Assembly (NCBI GenBank): GCA_963775055.1 | Contig: CAVZHK010000008.1 | Span: 154,813 to 218,812 of the forward strand | Direction of reading: 5' to 3' | From: an uncultured Acidimicrobiaceae bacterium | GTDB taxonomy: Bacteria > Actinomycetota > Acidimicrobiia > Acidimicrobiales > CAIXPF01 | DNA length: 64,000 nucleotides | Shown here: in pieces, positions 44,493 to 56,878 of the stretch | How the letters are laid out: each line of letters begins with the position of its first letter | How positions within the stretch are numbered: the first letter of the stretch is position 1 | The notes under the pieces: generated by a model | What the model saw: only the letters and a program-made list of their open reading frames with translations | Told to the model about the DNA's origin: nothing | Database searches by the model: none | Position numbers and translations under genes: made by a program

Positions 44493-46388
44493 ATGCAGCT
44501 TCGTCGAAGGGGTCACGGCACCGACGCTTCCCGCAACCGGAGTCACGCCAAGCACCAAGCGCGTTCGAACGAGCCCGCCGCCACGCAGTTCGCAAGGAGC
44601 ACATTTCTGACGGCAGTGCTGTCGGCAGTACTGGCGACATTGCTGACGGTATTGCTGACGGCCTGCACCGCGGATGGCGACGACGCAGCTCGACCAGGTC
44701 CCTTGGCCGAGCTGGACAGCACCACCGTTCTTGGCGCGGATGTGGCCACTGGCGGCCCGGAGGCCCAAGGCACCGGGACGCTGCGATGGGCTGACTGCGA
44801 TGAGGACGAGCTGGCCGGGCTGGAATGCGCCACGCTGGATGTGCCCCTTGATCACGCTGATCCCGACGGTGACACCATCGAGCTTGCGCTGGCCAGGCGA
44901 CCAGCTGGCGGAACGACGGAGGCGGGCAAGACCCCAGCTGACCAGCGCATCGGTTCGCTCTTGTTGAACCCCGGAGGGCCGGGAGGATCCGGGGTGGAGT
45001 TGGTGCCGCAGTTGGCCGCGGTTATGAGCGACGAGATCCTCGACCGCTTCGACCTGGTGGGCTTCGACCCTCGCGGCGTGTCCCGATCAACGCCGGTGGA
45101 GTGCATCGAGGACCAGGAGACGCTCAATGCCCTGGACGGGGACCCCGACAATCAGGCCGAGATCGATGCCACGGTGGCTGCCCAGGCCAAGTTCCGCGCC
45201 AACTGCGAGCAGCGCCACGGGGAACTGCTTCCGCACGTGGGCACCGTGGACGCGGCCCGGGATCTGGACATCATCCGAGCCGCCGTCGGCGATGAGCGGC
45301 TGACCTACCTGGGCTTCTCCTATGGCACGCAGCTCGGGGCCACCTACGCCACCCTGTTTCCGGACCGCATCCGGGCCCTGGTCCTGGACGCCGCTGTCGG
45401 GTCAGACCTTGACGCCACCGAGGTGTCCAAGACTCAGGCCGGAGGCTTCGAACGGGCCTTCAACAACTTTGTGGACGCCTGTCGCACCGACGCTCGCTGC
45501 GAGGCCGCCCCCGACGCTCGGGCCTTGTACAACCGGGTGCGCGACGCCGTGGAGAAGCAGCCCATACCAGTTGGTACGGCAGGTGAGAGCCGGGATCTGA
45601 CCGTGGGCGACTTCCAGATCGGGGTGGTGCAGGCGCTGTATGACCAGGCGCTTTGGTTCTATCTGGCCCGGGGCCTGGCCGACGCAGCAACGGGGGAGGG
45701 TGCCACGCTGCTGGCCTTGGCGGACATGTACCACCAGCGCGAGCCCGACGGTGGATATCCCAACTCCACCGACGCCAACGTGGCCATCAACTGTGCCGAC
45801 ACCACCGAGCGCCCGACTCTGAGCGAGGTTCAGGCCGCCGCCCGCACCTTCGCCGCCGATGCCCCTACGTTCGGCGCCCAACTCGGCTGGAGCACCGTGG
45901 CCTGTACGGGCTGGCCGCTGGCCGCGGAGCCGCAGCCAGACATCGCCACCACCACGAAGGCCCCCATCCTGGTGGTCGGCACCATCAACGATCCGGCCAC
46001 GCCCTACGAGTGGGCCCAACAGCTGACCAAGGCGTTGGGGCCGACTGCCACGCTGCTCACCTGGCAAGGCGAAGGGCATACGGCCTACTTGAAGGCCCGC
46101 TGTGTTACCGAGGCCGTGGACACCTTCCTGTTGGAGCTACGCCTTCCCGCCGCGGAGACCCGCTGCCCTGCCGATGCCGACCGGGTCGATGCCGACTTCG
46201 CCGGCTTGCAGCCGGATCTGGCTGAGGCCTTCGCCGCCGATAGCGGGCTCGATGCCGACGCCGCCGAGTGCGTAGCCGCCGAGGTTTCCGACAACATCAC
46301 CGGGCCTGACCTGGCCGTGCTCTACAGCGGCGAGCTCTCCGACAGTCTTCGCGAGACCATCACCGCTGCTGCCACCAGCTGCCAATAG
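44493..46388 (+). CDS. lipoprotein alpha/beta hydrolase (tripeptidyl-aminopeptidase/Hip1-like protease)
   Basis: LLTAC lipobox, NPGGPGGSG, GFDPRGV, GFSYG nucleophile, DPATPY, GEGH; start uncertain. Confidence 0.9.
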   Translation: MQLRRRGHGTDASRNRSHAKHQARSNEPAATQFARSTFLTAVLSAVLATLLTVLLTACTADGDDAARPGPLAELDSTTVLGADVATGGPEAQGTGTLRWADCDEDELAGLECATLDVPLDHADPDGDTIELALARRPAGGTTEAGKTPADQRIGSLLLNPGGPGGSGVELVPQLAAVMSDEILDRFDLVGFDPRGVSRSTPVECIEDQETLNALDGDPDNQAEIDATVAAQAKFRANCEQRHGELLPHVGTVDAARDLDIIRAAVGDERLTYLGFSYGTQLGATYATLFPDRIRALVLDAAVGSDLDATEVSKTQAGGFERAFNNFVDACRTDARCEAAPDARALYNRVRDAVEKQPIPVGTAGESRDLTVGDFQIGVVQALYDQALWFYLARGLADAATGEGATLLALADMYHQREPDGGYPNSTDANVAINCADTTERPTLSEVQAAARTFAADAPTFGAQLGWSTVACTGWPLAAEPQPDIATTTKAPILVVGTINDPATPYEWAQQLTKALGPTATLLTWQGEGHTAYLKARCVTEAVDTFLLELRLPAAETRCPADADRVDADFAGLQPDLAEAFAADSGLDADAAECVAAEVSDNITGPDLAVLYSGELSDSLRETITAAATSCQ

Positions 46389-46463
46389 CCCGGTCCCGCC
46401 TGCCGGATCGATTCGGCGGGATTGGGTGACGATTCAGCCGGGTGATGGTCCGGGGGCTGACGC

Positions 46464-49124
<2,661 letters not shown>

Positions 49125-49210
49125 GTCGCCGACGCTAGCCGGGGCCGCCGTCACCCCCCGCCACAGCGCCCGAGCGGCACGCCAGCACGAACGCTCTACA
49201 GTGCCCGCGC

Positions 49211-51292
49211 ATGAGCGCGATCTTCGACGGTGTCCGCGTGGTGGAGCTGGCCAGTGGCATCGCCGGCCCCTACGCGGCTGCGTTTCTGGCGGACCTCGGC
49301 GCTGACGTCATCAAGGTCGAAGGCGCCAACGGCGATCCTTACCGGGCGGAGGCCGGCTTCCAGAGCGTCAATCGAAACAAGCGCTCAGTGCGCCAGCCCG
49401 ACTTAGGCGCGCTGTTGAGCCAGGCCGACGTGGTACTCACCGACCAGCCCGGCGCGGCCTGGTCCTTGCGCCGCCAAGCCCCCACCGCGGTCATCGTCAC
49501 GACCCCGCCGTGGGGCGAGCGGGGTTCGCTGGTGCACCACCCCGCCACCCCCTCGCTGCTGGCCGCGGCCTGTGGGATGGCCTGGAACCAGCAGTCCTAC
49601 ACCGAGGGCCCGGTGCACCTGGTCCTGCCGCTGGTGCCTTACGCCACCGCCGCGCTGGCCGCCAATGCCGCCGCCGCCGGGTTGCTGGCCCGCCAGCGCT
49701 ACGGAGTGGCCCCCACCTACGAGGTGTCCCAGGTGGCCGGGGCCGGGGCCTTCCAGTTGGAGCAGTTCCGCGTCGACGATCGGGTTGAAGAACGTCCCGG
49801 ATCGGCCCCGATGGGGGCCAAGGGCCGGGTGCCGATCTACCGGACGTTCCGCTGCGCCGATGACCGCTGGTTGTTCGTGGCCTGCGGCACGGTGCGGTTC
49901 TACGAGCGGCTGCTGGAGCTGATCGGGCGGCCAGAGCTGCGCCACGACCCCCGGCTGCCGAACCCGCCGTGGGGGCTGATGGACCTCGATGCCATCGCCT
50001 TCATCGCCCCGTTGCTGGAGGCCACGTTCGAAACCAAGGACCGAGACGAATGGCTGCGGCTGCTGCGAGCGGCGGACATCCCCACCCAGCCGGTGCAGAC
50101 CCGGGAGGAGTTCGCCGCGTCCTCGCTGTGCCGCTCCAACGAGCTGACCACGACCGTCGCGCACCCCGAGCTAGGCCCGGTGCGCATCGGCGGCCGTGCG
50201 GTGCGCTTCGCCGTCGGTGGGGGCGGTCCCTTGCGCCGGGCCCCGCTCCTGGGCGAGCACGACGCCGAGGTGGCTGCTGAGCTGCAGGCACCGCCGCAGA
50301 ACCCAACGGACATGACCAATGTGACCGATCCGACCGCTGCGACCCCCGCCACCCACGTCAGCTGGCCCGGACAGGGTCCCGCGCCGCTGGATGGCGTGCG
50401 GGTGCTGGACCTGGCCTCCTTCATCGCCGGGCCGGTGATCAGCCGGCATCTGGGGATGTTGGGAGCGCAGGTCATCAAGGTCGAGGCCCCCAGCGGCGAT
50501 CCGTTCCGGGCCTTCGCGCAGGCCTTCGCCAACTGGAACCAGGCCAAACGTTCCATCGCCCTGGATCTCACCACCGAGGCCGACCGGGCCGTGCTGCACA
50601 GCATGGTGGCCCGGGCCGATGTGGTGGTGGAGAACTACCGGCCCGGGGTGGCCGCCCGCCTCGGTTCTGACTACGACACCCTGCGGGCCATCAACCCGGA
50701 CCTGATCTACCTGTCCGCCCCCGGCTACGGCATCGATCCCGAGCTGGCCGGGGCCGCCGCCTTCGACCCGCTGCTGCAGTGCCTGGGCGGGGTCATGGCC
50801 AGCCAGGGCGGCGAGGACGAACCGGTGTTCCTCACCCCGGCCCTGCACGATGTCATGGTCCCGCTGCTCGGCGCCTTCGGGGTGATCGCCGCCTTGCACC
50901 ATCGCGACACCGGCCACGGCGGACAACGGGTATTGACCTCCCTGGCCCATGCCTCCCTGGCCTGCCAGATGGCCGAGCTGACCCGCTACGACGGCAGCCC
51001 CGAACCGCTCGTCGGCGGCTTCGACTACAAGGGCCCGCTTCCGGAGCAGGGGCTGATCGAGATCGATCACGGCTGGATCGCGGTCGACGGAGACCACCAG
51101 GTTGCGGTGTCCAAGACGGGCCTGATCAACAGCGACCTGGCCGCCGCCAACGAGCTGCTGGTCACCCACCATCACCCCACCTTCGGACGGTTGTGCTCCT
51201 TCGGGCAGCTGGTCCGCGGTGCCGGCCCCGCCCCCTGTCGGGGTCCCCTGCTGGATGAGCACCGAGCCGAGATCCTGTCCGAGCTCGACTGA
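49211..51292 (+). CDS. tandem (double-domain) class III CoA transferase, CaiB/BaiF family
   Basis: Two copies of DGVRV(V/L)(E/D)LA...IAGP...LGA.VIKVE; ENYRPG only in the second. Confidence 0.9.
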   Translation: MSAIFDGVRVVELASGIAGPYAAAFLADLGADVIKVEGANGDPYRAEAGFQSVNRNKRSVRQPDLGALLSQADVVLTDQPGAAWSLRRQAPTAVIVTTPPWGERGSLVHHPATPSLLAAACGMAWNQQSYTEGPVHLVLPLVPYATAALAANAAAAGLLARQRYGVAPTYEVSQVAGAGAFQLEQFRVDDRVEERPGSAPMGAKGRVPIYRTFRCADDRWLFVACGTVRFYERLLELIGRPELRHDPRLPNPPWGLMDLDAIAFIAPLLEATFETKDRDEWLRLLRAADIPTQPVQTREEFAASSLCRSNELTTTVAHPELGPVRIGGRAVRFAVGGGGPLRRAPLLGEHDAEVAAELQAPPQNPTDMTNVTDPTAATPATHVSWPGQGPAPLDGVRVLDLASFIAGPVISRHLGMLGAQVIKVEAPSGDPFRAFAQAFANWNQAKRSIALDLTTEADRAVLHSMVARADVVVENYRPGVAARLGSDYDTLRAINPDLIYLSAPGYGIDPELAGAAAFDPLLQCLGGVMASQGGEDEPVFLTPALHDVMVPLLGAFGVIAALHHRDTGHGGQRVLTSLAHASLACQMAELTRYDGSPEPLVGGFDYKGPLPEQGLIEIDHGWIAVDGDHQVAVSKTGLINSDLAAANELLVTHHHPTFGRLCSFGQLVRGAGPAPCRGPLLDEHRAEILSELD

Positions 51293-51579
51293 CGGGCGCC
51301 CACGGGCTGTGGGCGGGCAGTTGTGGCCAGTGATAGGCAAGCCGCCGCCGGGGCCTGGAAACCTCAACGCCCTGACCTGCGCCGTTGCGTTCGACAACGA
51401 GCCCGCTGCTGCCGGGTGCGTCATGAACTGACCAAACGCGCCCCTGTACGGCTGACCGGGACCGTGCTGCGGTGAGCCGGTCGGACGCCGTCAGGGGCGC
51501 ATCCCCAACCGCCGAGACAAGGGCTAGACCAGGGCCGTTGGTCACAACGAGTCCGTCGGAGGGCCGGTAGTGTGGCGCC

Positions 51580-52119
51580 ATGCCGGAGCCGTCCCCACCC
51601 ACCGTCACGTGGTTGGTGCAGCATTTCGGCCTCGAGCCTCTGGCCGTGGAAGGTGGCCGGTTTGCGGAGACCTGGCGTTCCCATCGGCACTGGCCCGGCA
51701 ACGACAAACCGGCCGGAACCGCCATCGTGTTCCTGCTCACCAACTCCCCCGACGGTTTTTCGGCGTGGCATCGCCTCCCCACCGACGAGGTGTGGCACCG
51801 CTACCTGGGAGATCCGGCCCAGCTGGTGTTGCTGCACCCAGACGGTCGCCGGGAGGACATCGAGCTCGGGCCGGACCTGCAGGGCGGCCAGCAGATACAA
51901 GCAGTGGTCCCAGCCGGCAGTTGGATGGCCTGTCACGTGCTGCCCGGTGGCCCGTGCGGATACACCCTCGTCGGCTGCACCATGGCCCCGGGCTTCACCA
52001 ACGAGGATTACGAGGGCGCGGACCCGGCCGAGCTGCGGGCCAGCCACCCCCACGCCGCACCCCTCATCGACCAGCTCAGCCGCCCCCAAGAACCGCTGCG
52101 CATCCCCGACCAGTTCTGA
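51580..52119 (+). CDS. cupin domain protein (DUF985/Cupin_5-like)
   Basis: EGGRFAET, TAIVFLL, WHRLPTDEVWH, VGCTMAPGF. Confidence 0.9.
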   Translation: MPEPSPPTVTWLVQHFGLEPLAVEGGRFAETWRSHRHWPGNDKPAGTAIVFLLTNSPDGFSAWHRLPTDEVWHRYLGDPAQLVLLHPDGRREDIELGPDLQGGQQIQAVVPAGSWMACHVLPGGPCGYTLVGCTMAPGFTNEDYEGADPAELRASHPHAAPLIDQLSRPQEPLRIPDQF

Positions 52120-52166
52120 CGCTGACCGGTTCTGCAGCCGGGAGGAGCGACGGCCGCCCTTAAAAA

Positions 52167-52943
52167 TCAGGCCGTCATGGCGCCGTCGATGAGGTACTCG
52201 TGGCCGCTGCAGTAGTCGCTGTCATCGGAAGCCAGCCACAACACGAGTTTGGCCACGTCAAACGGTGTCGCCGCCCGCCCGAGCGGGATACGGGGTTCGG
52301 TGAGCTCCCGCCAGTCCGGTCCGAGCTCGGTGATCATCTCGGTGTCGATGATGCCGGGGTGCACCGAGTTCACCCGGATGCCGAAGGGGCTCAGCTCCTG
52401 GGCCGCGGATTTGGTCATCCCCCGCACCGCCCACTTGGAAGCCCCGTATGCGAACGCCACCCCGGCGCCGCGCATTCCGGCGATGGAGCTGATGTTGATG
52501 ATCGAGCCGCTCCGCTGGGCCATCATCGGTTCGGCCGCCGCCCGCATCCCCAGGAACACCCCGGTGGCGTTCACGTCCATCACCTGCTGCCAGATGTCCA
52601 TGGTGGTCTTGGTCAGCGGCACCACCCGGAAGATGCCGGCGTTGTTGACCAGCACGTCGAGCCGACCCGCCTCCGCCAGCACCCAGGTCATCACGTCGGC
52701 CCAGTCGGTCTCACTGGTCACGTCGTGGCGGCGGAACCGGCCACCCACCGCCGCCGCGGCGTGCTCGCCGTCGGTGACCAGCACATCGGTGAGGAACACA
52801 GTGGCCCCCTCGGCGGCGAACACCTTGGCCTCCGCCGCGCCCTGACCCCGGGCGGCCCCGGTGATGAGCGCCACTTTGCCTGCGAGGCGTCCGGGGCGTG
52901 GCACCGCGTCGGTGGGGTTGGTGCGGGAGGTCGGCTCAGTCAT
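52167..52943 (-). CDS. SDR family oxidoreductase (3-alpha,20-beta-HSD-like)
   Basis: TGAARGQG, NNAG, YGASKWAVRG, VNSVHPG. Confidence 0.95.
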   Translation of the reverse strand: MTEPTSRTNPTDAVPRPGRLAGKVALITGAARGQGAAEAKVFAAEGATVFLTDVLVTDGEHAAAAVGGRFRRHDVTSETDWADVMTWVLAEAGRLDVLVNNAGIFRVVPLTKTTMDIWQQVMDVNATGVFLGMRAAAEPMMAQRSGSIINISSIAGMRGAGVAFAYGASKWAVRGMTKSAAQELSPFGIRVNSVHPGIIDTEMITELGPDWRELTEPRIPLGRAATPFDVAKLVLWLASDDSDYCSGHEYLIDGAMTA

Positions 52944-52996
52944 GCCCGCATCGTTGCAGGCACATGCCGGTCACGGCGGCGGGATACGCTGGACTC

Positions 52997-53458
52997 GTGG
53001 TCAAACGCTCGACGGTCGGACACATGCAGTGCTCTATAGCCCGGGCGCTCGACATCGTCGGTGAGTGGTGGACCCCCCTGATCCTCCGGGATGTCTTCCG
53101 AGGCATGCGCCGCTTCGAGGAGATCCAGACCAGCCTTGGCATCGCCCGAAACATCCTCTCGGACCGCCTCACCACGCTCATCGAGGCCGGCGTGCTGGAA
53201 AAGCGGATCTACCACACCCACCCAGACCGCTTCGAGTACCGCCTGACGGACATGGGCCGGGACTACTACCAGGTGCTGTTGGCCCTCAAGCAGTGGGGAG
53301 ACACCTGGTTGGCGGAGGAGGAGGGCCCCCCGGTGACCCTGATCCACGCCACCTGTGGGCACGAGGTCACCCCGGTGCTGACCTGCAGCGCCTGCGGCGA
53401 CGCCATCGGCCCTCGCACCATCAGGTCACCGGTCAGGGATCTCCCCAGCCCGCTCTGA
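52997..53458 (+). CDS. HxlR-family winged-helix transcriptional regulator
   Basis: CSIARALDIVGEWWT, RRFEE, EYRLT, C-terminal HATCG...CSAC; start GTG 52997 or ATG 53024. Confidence 0.92.
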   Translation: MVKRSTVGHMQCSIARALDIVGEWWTPLILRDVFRGMRRFEEIQTSLGIARNILSDRLTTLIEAGVLEKRIYHTHPDRFEYRLTDMGRDYYQVLLALKQWGDTWLAEEEGPPVTLIHATCGHEVTPVLTCSACGDAIGPRTIRSPVRDLPSPL

Positions 53459-53554
53459 TCGCCCGGTTGGCGGCTGGCACGGGGAAGCATGGCCGGCGGG
53501 TCGATTCTCCACTAGGTTCTCGCCCGTTCGCACCACCGCAACACGGGAGATTCC

Positions 53555-55852
53555 ATGGCCACCTCGGGCTCCATTCTCGGCAACTCGGTCATTCGTCGGG
53601 AAGATCCCACGCTGATCACCGGCGCCGGCAAGTACTTCGACGATCTGCAGATCGACGGTGAGCTGCACATCCACTTCGTGCGCTCACCCATTGCGCATGG
53701 TCGCATCACCAACATCGACACCAGCGCGGCGGAGTCCATGCCCGGGGTTCGCAAGGTGTACACCCAAGCCAACCTGGGCCTGCCCGACTTCCAGGCCTTC
53801 GAGATGCTGCCGGCCACCTTCAACCGGCCGCCGTTGACCGGAGACGTGGTCCGCTTCGTGGGTGACACCGTGGCCGCGGTGGTGGCGGAGAGTCGGGCCG
53901 CGGCGGTGGACGCAGGCGAGGCGATCGTGGTGGATTACGACCCGCTGCCCTCTGTGACCAGCGCGGTGGACGCCGCCGCTCCCGGCGCCCCACTGCTTTT
54001 CCCCGAGAACGGCTCCAACGTGTGCTTCGCCACCCAGTTGGGCGATGACGTGGACGCCCTCGAAGGTGCGGACAAGGTGGGCCGGGTCCGGATGGTGAGC
54101 CAGCGTCTGGCCGGGGTGCCGATGGAGCCCAACGGTCTGGTGGCGGTCCCGAATGAGCCGGTGGCCGGTGGCCTGACCACCTGGATCAGCCATCAGGCGC
54201 CGCACGGCGTGCATGCCACCATCGCCCCTTACCTGGGTCTGGACCCCGCCTCGGTGCGGGTGGTGTGCCCCTGGGTCGGTGGCGGTTTCGGGCCCAAGGC
54301 CGCGGTGTACACCGAGTACCTGGTCACCTGCAAGGCGGCACTGGATCTGCAGGTGCCGGTGAAGTGGACCGAGACCCGCTCCGAGGACATGGTGGCCCTG
54401 GTCCACGGCCGGGACTTCGTGATTGACGCCGCCCTTGGGGTCAAGAACGACGGCACCATCGTGGGCCTGGTGGCTGAGGTCACCGCGGCCGCGGGTGCGT
54501 ACCCCATCGTGGGAGCCATCCTGCCAATGCTGACCCAGTTGATGTCCACCGGCGTGTACAACATCCCCAAGATCAACTTCAAGGGCACGACGCTGGTTAC
54601 CAACAACACCAGCATCGGTGCCTATCGCGGCGCCGGCCGGCCCGAGGCCACCCAGATGCTGGAGCGGGTCATGGACGTGACCGCCGCCGAGCTGGGCATG
54701 GACCCCGCCGAGCTGCGGCGCAAGAATTTCTTCGCCCCCTTCTCCCAGCCGATGACCACCATCACCGGGGCCAACTACGACTCCGCCGATTACGCCCTGC
54801 CGCTGCAAAAGGCCCAGGAAGCCGCCGGTTACGATGCGCTGCGGGCGGAGCAGAAGCGGCGCCGGGCCGCCGGTGACCCCAAGCTGCTGGGCATCGGCAT
54901 CTCCACCTACGTGGAGATCACCGCCCCCATTGGCCTGCATGTCGAGTACGGCAAGGTCGAGGTCCACGACGACGGCTCCGCCAGCATGTACGTGGGTACC
55001 TCAGTGCACGGCCAGGGCCACGAGACGGCGTTCTCGATGCTGGTGTCAGACGTGCTCGGCATCCCCATGGACCGCATCACGCTGGTCAACTCCGACACCG
55101 CAGTGGTGCCCCGGGGTTCGGGCACGCTGGGGTCCCGCTCGCTGCAGACCGCTGGTTCGGCGGTGCATGTGGCCTCCACCGAGGTGCTGGCCAAGGCCAA
55201 GCAGCTGGCCGCCCATCTGCTCGAGGCCAACGTGGATGACATCGTCACAGGGGACGGAGGTCTGCAGGTCGCCGGTGTGCCGGCCAAGGCAGTCAGCTGG
55301 GCGGAGCTGGCCCAAGCGGCCAACGATGAGGCCAAGCGGCCCGAGGGCATGGAGGCCGGCCTGGCCCACGAGCTGGACTTCGACGGCGGCGATTCCACGT
55401 TCCCCTTCGGCGCCCACGTGGCCGTGGTCGAGGTGGACTCCGAGACCGGCAAGGTCACCCTGCAACGCCACATAGCGGTCGATGACTGCGGCCGCATCCT
55501 CAACCCGCTACTGGTCAACGGCCAACAACATGGCGGCATCGCCCAAGGCGCGGCCCAGGCGCTGTTCGAGTGGGTGCAGTACGACGCAGACGGCAACCCC
55601 ATCACCGGCAACCTGATGGACTACGCCATGCCCTCCGCGGCCGAGCTGCCCAGCTTCGAGGTCTCCAACACGCAGACCGACTCGCCCCGCAACCCCCTGG
55701 GGGCCAAGGGCATCGGCGAGTCCGGCACCATCGGGTCTACCCCGGCCATCCACAACGCGGTGGTCGACGCGCTGGCTCACCTCGGGGTGCGCCATGTGGA
55801 CATGCCGTGCACCGCCGAGCGGGTGTGGCAGGCGCTGAACGCCACCGGCTGA
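53555..55852 (+). CDS. xanthine dehydrogenase family molybdopterin-binding large subunit (form II CoxL-like)
   Basis: RREDP, VGGGFGPK, AYRGAGRPE, GQGHET, GAKGIGESG. Confidence 0.93.
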   Translation: MATSGSILGNSVIRREDPTLITGAGKYFDDLQIDGELHIHFVRSPIAHGRITNIDTSAAESMPGVRKVYTQANLGLPDFQAFEMLPATFNRPPLTGDVVRFVGDTVAAVVAESRAAAVDAGEAIVVDYDPLPSVTSAVDAAAPGAPLLFPENGSNVCFATQLGDDVDALEGADKVGRVRMVSQRLAGVPMEPNGLVAVPNEPVAGGLTTWISHQAPHGVHATIAPYLGLDPASVRVVCPWVGGGFGPKAAVYTEYLVTCKAALDLQVPVKWTETRSEDMVALVHGRDFVIDAALGVKNDGTIVGLVAEVTAAAGAYPIVGAILPMLTQLMSTGVYNIPKINFKGTTLVTNNTSIGAYRGAGRPEATQMLERVMDVTAAELGMDPAELRRKNFFAPFSQPMTTITGANYDSADYALPLQKAQEAAGYDALRAEQKRRRAAGDPKLLGIGISTYVEITAPIGLHVEYGKVEVHDDGSASMYVGTSVHGQGHETAFSMLVSDVLGIPMDRITLVNSDTAVVPRGSGTLGSRSLQTAGSAVHVASTEVLAKAKQLAAHLLEANVDDIVTGDGGLQVAGVPAKAVSWAELAQAANDEAKRPEGMEAGLAHELDFDGGDSTFPFGAHVAVVEVDSETGKVTLQRHIAVDDCGRILNPLLVNGQQHGGIAQGAAQALFEWVQYDADGNPITGNLMDYAMPSAAELPSFEVSNTQTDSPRNPLGAKGIGESGTIGSTPAIHNAVVDALAHLGVRHVDMPCTAERVWQALNATG

Positions 55853-55878
55853 CGTGGTGAAACAGATCTGAAAGCGAG

Positions 55879-55914
55879 CACGAGTGTGGCGCCGTTACGG
55901 GCGCCACACTCGTG
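55879..55914. terminator. strong hairpin between convergent genes (bidirectional terminator candidate)
   Basis: cacgagtgtggcgcc / ggcgccacactcgtg 15-bp perfect stem, 6-nt loop. Confidence 0.75.
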
Positions 55915-55935
55915 TCTCCCCCGTTGGTGAGCTGC

Positions 55936-56799
55936 TCAGGTGCCCGCCAGCACCGCTTCGGGCACATCGGCTTGATAGAGCGGCCGGGCCCGGCGATCCC
56001 CCGGCACCCAGCTCCACTTGGCTCGGCGCTCCAGGGTTGGGGCCTGGTTCAGCTCGGCCAGTGCCTCCACCACCAGGTTCAAGGCATCTTTGGGGGTGCG
56101 CTCATCGTCACTGGCCCGCCGACGGGCAGTGGCCACGATGCGGGCCACCGGTGCCAGCGGACCCCGGGCCTGCCACGGCGGCAACGCCCCTTGGAAGATC
56201 AGGTTGGGCACCGGGTCCGCTACATCGAGGAAAGCAGCGAGGGTGTCCTCATTGGGCGTCTTCGAGCCGGGCAGCCTGAACTGGTTGACCAGCATCACCA
56301 ACGCCCGGTACTGGGTCAGGCGTACCGCCCCGGTGGTGGTCCGTAGCACATGGGCGGTGTCCTCCGTGTCCAGATCGCCGACCACCCGCAGCACGATCAC
56401 CTGCCCGTGCTCCACGTCGAGACTGTTGCCCAGCAACGAGATGGCCTGGTCCACCGGATCGGTGGGCATCTGCCAGGCCTCGCCCCGGCTGGGATGGGTG
56501 GACAGTCCGGCCTCGCTCAGGTGGCGCCGGGCCACCGTGTACAGCAACACGCGGAAGTCGCGTTCGGTACCTGCGAAGTTCGCAAGTTGCACCACCATGT
56601 TCCGCCACACCCGATCGGACAGTTCCGCCGCCAGCGAGGGTTCGCAGAATCGCAGGTAGCGGCCGAGGCCCGGGTGGAGATCGGCGTACAGCGTGGCAAA
56701 GGCCGCGGTGTCACCGGAAAGGGTGGCGCGGACAACTGGGGTGAAGGATGATCCAAGCGTCACCCAAACCTTCTCGGCGTGCACGCAGGCTCCTCCCAC
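55936..56799 (-). CDS. divergent ECF sigma factor-like protein with C-terminal extension
   Basis: GDTAAFATLY...FAGTERDFRVLLYTVAR (region 2); VIVLRVVGDLDTEDTAHVL...GAVRLTQYRAL (region 4); extra ~110 aa. Confidence 0.7.
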   Translation of the reverse strand: MGGACVHAEKVWVTLGSSFTPVVRATLSGDTAAFATLYADLHPGLGRYLRFCEPSLAAELSDRVWRNMVVQLANFAGTERDFRVLLYTVARRHLSEAGLSTHPSRGEAWQMPTDPVDQAISLLGNSLDVEHGQVIVLRVVGDLDTEDTAHVLRTTTGAVRLTQYRALVMLVNQFRLPGSKTPNEDTLAAFLDVADPVPNLIFQGALPPWQARGPLAPVARIVATARRRASDDERTPKDALNLVVEALAELNQAPTLERRAKWSWVPGDRRARPLYQADVPEAVLAGT

Positions 56800-56878
56800 G
56801 GGATCATTTTCCTACCGCCGGTTGGGGTGCAGGCTGGCGTCGCCCACGAAGCGGGGCACGCCGCCCGCTCCGATGCCC

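Noticed and set aside
51300-51570. Possible IR-bounded element or ncRNA between the CoA transferase and cupin genes
   Set aside because: Only short imperfect inverted repeats (gttgtggcca/tggtcacaac; gcgcccctg/caggggcgc), not clearly above chance at this GC content.
53555-55852. True aerobic CO dehydrogenase (form I coxL)
   Set aside because: Motif is AYRGAGR rather than AYxCSFR, and cox accessory genes are absent.
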